This document shows, piece by piece, positions 48,776-55,640 of a stretch of DNA of 55,640 bases (the first letter of the stretch is position 1; every line of letters begins with the position of its first letter). The notes beneath the pieces are model-generated. The model was not told the origin of the DNA. It saw only the letters and a list, made by a program, of their open reading frames with translations, and did not search any database. Source of the DNA: Octopus bimaculoides (Eukaryota). The position numbers and the translations under genes are program-made. The DNA lies in assembly GCF_001194135.2 (NCBI RefSeq), contig NC_068984.1, positions 127,771,002 through 127,826,641 of the forward strand, in the 5' to 3' direction.

Positions 48776-49587
48776 ACATATTTTCATATATAATTGTGTA
48801 CAAATAACTTACATATTTATACACAAAAGAGGTGACCTTTAACAGAACACCTTACATGCTAGAAAGGGCAGTTAAAGCCAAAACCACAAATAAGACCAAT
48901 TTCAAAAGGAATGAAAACAAAAATATTTTCGTAGTTACTCTCAGACTCGAGTTTCTGTATCAATGTGCAAAATAAATAATTTGCCATCTGTACTTCTTCA
49001 GTGAGGGTGCTAAAATTTATGCAAATTTATGCAACAAATTGCACCAAAACTACGTGTGCTACATACTTATACATTATAATTTTCAAATCCACCGTGCAAG
49101 TGCAGTTACATTCATCAGCAAACAGTAATAAAAAGATTAAAACTGCGGGCCAGAAAGGCTTCAAAACTACAAAAATTTTACTGTGAAAATAATAAGGGTA
49201 GAAAATTTGGAAAAATTTTCATTCTGGTGGCCAGCATACGTACTAAAGTCAAAATGACAACAGATTTTCATATATAATAGTATACAAACGATTTACATAT
49301 TTATACACAAAAGAGGTGACCTTTAACAGGACACCTTACATGCTAGAAAGGGCAGTTAAAGTCCAAACCATGAATAAGAGAAAATTTCAAAGGGAATGAA
49401 AACAAAAATATTTTTGTAGTTAATCTCAGACTCAAGTTTCTGTATCAATGTGCAAAATAAATTATTTGCCATCTGTACTTCTTCAGTAAGGGCACTAAAA
49501 TTAATGCATATTTATGCAGCAAATAGCATTGAAAATACGCATGCTACATTTTTATACATTATAATTTTCAAATCCACCATGCAAGCG
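48771..49587. repeat. Tandem duplication, ~484-bp period, ~1.7 copies
   Basis: gacaaca.attttcatatataat...ttacatatttatacacaaaagaggtgacctttaacag...aaatccacc.tgcaag at ~48771-49100 and ~49255-49587. The second copy is cut by a SINE. Confidence 0.9.
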
Positions 49588-49905
49588 TACAACAGGCTTC
49601 TTTCAGTTTCGATCTACCAAATCCACTTACAAGGCTTTGGTCAGCCTGAGACTATAGCAGAAGACATTTGCCCAAGGTGCTATGCAGTGGGACTGAACTT
49701 GGAACCATGTTGTTGGGAAGCAAACTTCTTACCACACAGCCATTCCTGCACCTGGGTTTCCAAACAGTTTCTGTCTACCAAATCTAATCACAAGACATTG
49801 GTCACCTAGCACTATAGCAGAAGACACATGCCCAAGGTGCTACAGAGAAAGACTGAACTGGGAACCAAGTTAGTGCAAAGCAAGCTTCTTATGCACATAG
49901 ATATG
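49587..49905 (-). mobile_element. Two tandem partial family A SINEs
   Basis: actatagcagaagacacttgcccaaggtgcta...gactgaact.ggaacc occurs twice (~49587-49752 and ~49765-49905). Confidence 0.85.
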
Positions 49906-49965
49906 CTGCATCTCTGAAAATCAAATAAATATCAAACAAAATATATAATAAATAAATAAATAAAT

Positions 49966-50207
49966 GCACCCTTCTAAAGCCTAGCCAGGCTCATGGGCCC
50001 AGTTTCCTGGTTTCAATGGCGTATATGTTCCGCAGCTGGACGGGACGCCAGTCCATTGCAGCGTTACTCATTTTTGCCAGCTGAGTGGACTGGAGCAACG
50101 TGAAATGAAGTGTTTTGCTCAAGAACACAACGCATCGCCCAGTTCAGGAATCGAAACCACAATCTTACGATCATGGTGCTGACACCCTAACCACTAAGCC
50201 ATGTGCC
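49966..50207 (-). mobile_element. tRNA-derived SINE (middle M2 + tail X), near full-length
   Basis: The reverse complement has head ggcacatggcttagtggttagggtg..ggtttcgattcc, middle M2, then GAGTaacgctgcaatggactggcgtccc...gcctggctaggcttt. Confidence 0.9.
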
Positions 50208-51354
50208 TTCACATATAGTATATACATACTTTAAATTTTTAACTGGATCCAGTTAGTTGGCTATGGCTATGCTAAGGAACAGATAATATAAATATTAATA
50301 TAATGACGTAAATTCTAAAAAAATTAAGTTGAAAAATTAAACAAAAATATAAACCATAATGAGAGAAATTATATTTGCAAAGATAAAAGATATTGGAAAG
50401 ATTCCTTTCACAGAGGGGAGCAGCTGTGTAACCTATAAAGTGAATTAAATCTCAATTTATGGGTCTATTGTTGTGAATTAGCTTTGTTCTTATGATCAAA
50501 GAAGTTCCAGCTATGCTGATCATATATATACAAATATATATACATATATGTATGTATATGTGTGTATGAGTATATATGTATATACACACACACACAAACG
50601 CACACATATATACATATATATATATGTATATATGTATCTATATATATATATGTATGTATATGTATGTATGTATATGTATATATGTGTATGTATGTACGTA
50701 TATGTATATATGTGCATGTATGTATGTCTATATATGTATATTTTAAGATATAGTTTATCTCACTTAGTCTTCATTATCATTAATGGGCATTGATTTTTGA
50801 AGAACGTAAGGAGAGATTTGAGGGAGATTTGATTGATATTTCTATCAGGTTGAGTGAACACATAAAGCATCCCTTCTTTGTAACTATAGTCGTTGTTGTT
50901 GTTACTGTTGCTGTCATTGTTTAACCCAAGGATAACCATGATCAAGTCAATCAGTGATTAAAGACATTTCAGCTATGACCATCTCATCTTTTTCTATATG
51001 CAAGGAACCCAAGGCCAATGTATTCTCTTCTAAGATTGTGGGGTGGGATTTTAAAGAAGATTTGACTGCCATTTCTAGCATGTCAGGGGCTCTTTTGTTG
51101 GCTCATTGTAATAATGGTGGTTAGCAGTTTGCTATATTTGTTACTGGTTAGGTCCAGGTTATCTGTGATCCAATCAAAGGTATTCTGACCATGACCTTCA
51201 CATCTTTTATTCAGATGTAATATATATATATGGACTACATTAGTGAATATTTCCTCCCATTTTTTAAAACTATATGGTATGATTTGAGGGTGACTTAGCT
51301 ACAATTTTTAACAGGTCCAGTAACTGCATAGAAGTTTCCTTGTATTCCTCGTGT

Positions 51355-51745
51355 ATATCTTTTATCTTTTACTTGTTTCAGTCAATGGACTGTGGTCATG
51401 TTGGGGCATGCCTTGAAGAATTTCTTAATTGAACAAATCAATCCAATGCATTTGTTTTAAGCCTGGTACTTTATTCTGTCAGTCTCTTTTGCTGAACTGC
51501 TAAGTTATGGGGATGTAAACACTCCAACACTGGCTGTCAAGTGGTGGTGGGGGACAAACACAAATCCAAAGACACACACACACATGATGGGCTTCTTTCC
51601 ATTTCTGTTTACCAAATCCTCTCAGAAGGCTTTGGTCAGCCTGAAGCTATAGTAGAAAACACTTTCCCAAAGTGCCACATAGTGGAACTGAACCTGGAAC
51701 CATGTGATTGGGAAGCAAGCTTCTTACTACACAGCCACGCCAGCA
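51355..51745 (-). mobile_element. SINE family A, near full-length
   Basis: Reverse complement of 21064-21432. Confidence 0.88.
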
Positions 51746-52183
51746 CCTATATGTTGTTGTTATTTCGCCATAAATTCATCCTAATTGAGCAGACATATGA
51801 TCAATGATGATCCAATCGTGACCATCCTATGTGTATATCAGTAATTTCATTGTCCAATCTTCCTTAATTTAAGATAAATAATGTAGTTTGCAGAAAATTT
51901 GGCTGCTATCTCTTGTAAGTTGAGAGACTGTCTAGAGTATCCTTTGTTTATGCATGTGTTTATGCAAGTCAGTTGTTCTCAACTTTTTAATTATTAAGGG
52001 CTCTTTTAAAATTAATTTTCCTACAGATCCCAGGTTTTTGAAATATCTGTCTTTTCAGAAAACTGCTACTAGAAACTAAAATAAACTCCTTTTCTCAGCA
52101 GTTTCATTTCAGAATTGAAAGGCAGATGTAACTGAATATAGATAAAAATATGGTATTATTGAACAAAAAACATTTATTTAATG

Positions 52184-52441
52184 CAGTGGTTCTCAATCAG
52201 GGTCCATATAACCCTTGGGAAACCCTTGTAAGATTTTGTTGTTAAAATTTATGTGTAATAAATTAGTTATACTTTTACAATACACAAAATATTTTAACTG
52301 CTTTTTTAAAATACAATTTCTAATAATGTTTAATTACAAAAATATAGTAGGATATTTTAAACATCAAATGATTATGGGGTTCCCGTAAAGTAAAACTGGA
52401 ATCAAAGGTGTCCATAGGTAAAAAATGACAGAGAAACATTG
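52184..52441. mobile_element. hAT MITE with a degraded right TIR
   Basis: Left TIR CAGTGGTTCTCAATC and degraded right end gacagagaaacattg. TSD ATTTAATG (52176-52183) / GTTTAATG (52442-52449). Confidence 0.75.
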
Positions 52442-53179
52442 GTTTAATGAGATGACTGCTGCTGTTTTGTAGATATTATGTTTCAAATTTCAAATTCATT
52501 AACAGAAAGCTTTAAATGTAGATCATATTTTAAAAAACATCTGAAAATATAAGACTGTTTCTGTAGATTTGGAAGCTAATTTAAAATTTTGTAAGTTTAA
52601 CAATATTATCATGAGTATTTGAATATTTTAAGCTGCAGACTCTTGAACTTCTGAACTTTTGAACTTAACTCATGGATCCTCAGTTCTACCTTTGCAAATC
52701 TCTTGAGTTTACAGACTACAGATTGGAAAGTGCTTATATAGATAGCAGAGTGGCCCAAGTTTTCCAATTTCATGGGATTCCATGAGATATAGTTGAAGTT
52801 ACCTCACTCTACAGATTGTGTCTTATATGTTAAGAAGTTGTAGCATGAGTATCAGTTTATGTTAATGACATCCTAATGAAGTTATTTGTCTAACAACTTC
52901 TTTGAAGATATCGGTCAAAATGTTTTGCACATTATGGAATATTTTTCACTGACAATTTTAGTAAGGAGATTAAGATAGGTGGACATGGTCTCATCTATCT
53001 GCTGAACAATTTTGTCTCCTCTGCATCAATAGCTGTGAGCAATTTATGTCCATTTGGAACCCTTGCACTCCTTTGTACTATTGTGTAAATCAGCTGTATT
53101 GTTCCTTTGAACCATGTATTTTGTAAGTCACTTCTGCTGTCAAGGGGACAATCTATATTCCGAGACTGGTAAAGTAAAG

Positions 53180-53430
53180 TAAAGGTAAAGGTTACCTTCT
53201 CAAGTTATGCTGACTCATAAGGGTTGGTTTTCTGGTTTCTATGGTGTATAAATTCTCCACCTGGATAGGATGCCAGTCTGTCACAGGATTGCTCATTTTT
53301 GCCAACTGAGTGGACTGGAGCAACATAAAATGAAGTGTTTTGCTCAAGAACACAATGCATTGTCCAGTCCAGGAATGGAAACCGTAATCTTACGATCATG
53401 AGTCCAACACCCTAACCACTAAGCTACACA
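53180..53430 (-). mobile_element. tRNA-derived SINE (M2 + X-like tail)
   Basis: ctcatttttgccaactgagtggactggagcaac...gttttgctcaagaacac...catgagtccaacaccctaaccactaagc. Confidence 0.85.
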
Positions 53431-54984
53431 ACTCCACACTCCAACATTGCTCTGAAACTTAATTCCCACGACAGTTACTCTGGCTCAAAGTCTCTCCTTC
53501 TCTTTCCTTGAAGTTCCTCTTACTATCTCTACTGCTCCACAAATTCTTCCAATCCTCACCAGGTAATCAATTGTCTCACTTTCTGCATCTAAAACATTTA
53601 TGCCACATCACTTTTCTCCCTATCTGTGCCTGTTAGTATTCATGTCACTCTTATCCTTTATTTCTGATAGACTGATATTACAACAATGCTTGACATTTTT
53701 CTGAGCTCCAAATCCATTCAATATCCAGACATCACTACATCTGCACACATCAGATTGTATGATGGTTCGTATAATCAAGATAACACACATCACATCTTCC
53801 TTGCTACACACCAGTCCAATGCTAGAAGTCTTTGTATTTCAAATTTGTTAACAGATTGAAGCTTCCTATGCAAATTCTATTTTATCTTTTCATTAATGGA
53901 GGGAGGACAAAAAAAATTAGTAATATTTCTTTTTCAAGAGGATTTATCACACTTCCATGTAGATGATACCCTTCCTCATTCCCCCCTCACTTTCTACACT
54001 GAGATATCACCCACAAGCACGTATTGTCTTGAATGTTCTCATAAAAACACATCCAACCAAGGCTGCCTTTTAACCTATGATACAGAACCAACAACTTTAA
54101 AGTTTGTCTATTGAAATTAATATGTGGATGATGATGATGATTATAATTTTACGTCAGAACTTTTTGTTAAGCTATGTTCCAAATACCAGCTTAATAATGA
54201 AAAAGTATTTCTTTAGAAATATGGTAATGAAAGGGTTAATGAACAGAAACTCTGAGAGCATTTTTCAAGGAAAACATGACAATCTGGTCCAGAGGTGAGG
54301 AATCTGCAGCTTTAAGGCTATATTTGGTCTTCTGAAAGAAGTGCAATGATTAAAGGAAAATCATGTTATACATTAATATAGTTTTGTTGATTTATTTTAA
54401 TTAAAGCCCAGTTTTTCAATTAGTTACAAATTTTAGAATCTCCAATTTATATTTTTTCCATGTTCAATTGTAATTACTTGTGTAAAGCAATTACAATTGT
54501 ATTTTAAAACAAAAACTTGAAGAAATTTTTGAAGAAATGAGAAAAGTTACTCCAAGGGCATTTATTCCAAAACTCTAGCATTTTTATATTTTCTTACAGT
54601 TTTTATGTTATCAAATAATAGATTTAGTAGTATAATTTTTTTCTTTTTTGTAAATGCAGCCTTGTCAGAAGACAGTTAACTTCACTACAGCTTTCCAATA
54701 TAAAGTAAACACACTACCTTCAATAGCACAAAATCTCAGTCACTACACATGTCGAGGAAACAAACATACCATAAATCTTCTTTAATCACGAAGGCATACA
54801 ACTAAAACACTTAAAGTTTCAAGGAATGCTGGGCCTTACTTACCATCTATGAGGTTCTGAGAGTAACCTCTAAGGTATAACATGACTGTAACTGCATCCA
54901 TAGTAGGGGACTTCATTTTAGATTCCAAATATACTTAGCTCTAAATAATTGCATACCTTCTATTAGGCATGAGTAAGACCAACA

Positions 54985-55555
54985 TTGGAACACTATTCAT
55001 ACATGTTGCCCCACATCTTTGAACAGGGCCTTAGGCTTAATTCAGACAGCTATGTGAAGCTGCTGGAGACTGTAGTCAATCCCTGGCTGGAGAAGGTTTC
55101 TGCTGGAAGGCCATATGCGTGGCAGCAGAATTTGACTCCTTACCATAGCTCAGGTAAGAACCAGAAATGGTTGTCGGAGAATTTTTACAACTTCACCAAC
55201 TCCAATATCTGGCCTCCTAATTCCCTCAATTGTAATCCCATGGCTTACTATGTGTGGGGCATAGCTGAAAAAGATACCAACCACTCTGCCTGCAACACCA
55301 AGGCCAAGCTAATAACCAAATCAAGGAAGTGTTTGGAGATCTACCCAGGGACACAGTGAGGAATGCATGTGCCAGGTTCTGCAGCAGTCTTGAGACCATG
55401 GTGGGAGCCATGGAGTCTACTTTGAGTTAGGTGTCATCTCCCAGCCAAAATCTAGTTGATACTTTTGATTTTGTAAAATACTTTTATTTTTGGATAGGAA
55501 TTTAGTGTATTTGTTTCCTTTTAAGCAAACTGTCAAATTTAGCTCAAACATCCTG
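54985..55555 (+). mobile_element. 5'-truncated Tc1/mariner element: transposase remnant plus right TIR
   Basis: GLRLNSDSYVKLLETVVNPWL...GRPYAWQQNLTPYH...WLSENF...IWPPNSLNCNPMAYYVWG. The right end ...GCTCAAACATCCTG|TA gives a TIR starting CAGGATG with a TA target. Confidence 0.88.
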
Positions 55556-55602
55556 TATATATACACACATATATATCTGTATAGGCATGTATATACACAT
55601 AG

Positions 55603-55640
<38 letters not shown>

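Noticed and set aside
51541-51807. Recurring peptide GFGQPEAIVEDTCPRCHAVGLN in several short ORFs (115, 41926, 49450, 51541)
   Set aside because: It is the antisense translation of SINE family A, not a protein family.

Overview
AT-rich, repeat-dense animal genomic DNA from a gapped scaffold. There are six N gaps: 1455-2003, 15317-16248, 19510-20156, 32244-32259, 46065-46074 and 47781-47790. The SINE families and microsatellite load resemble a coleoid cephalopod (Octopus-like) genome; this is an inference from recognition, not a search. The only protein gene I can support is the 3' part of a synaptophysin/synaptoporin-family (MARVEL) gene on +. Four exons (686-807, 2764-2956, 5262-5444, 6519-6656) splice in frame into 211 residues with a very short tail, followed by a ~4.8 kb SINE-free, T-rich tract that looks like a long 3' UTR. 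The remainder contains tRNA-derived SINEs, hAT MITEs with intact TSDs, decayed Tc1/mariner, RTE-like, APE-LINE and R4/Dong-like fragments, minisatellites, local duplications and a gap-bounded contig carrying 5'ETS plus the start of 18S rRNA. The most notable unexplained signals are: (1) a near-complete type I hammerhead ribozyme fold at 25102-25160, with two more degenerate hammerhead-like motifs; (2) an 18S orphon that is near-perfect for ~75 nt and then seems to continue as collinear but heavily AT-eroded sequence into a tandem duplication with promoter-like motifs; (3) a 2x2 middle-by-tail module swap among SINEs. No CRISPR, prokaryotic system or intact transposase was found. All alignments and folds were done by eye.
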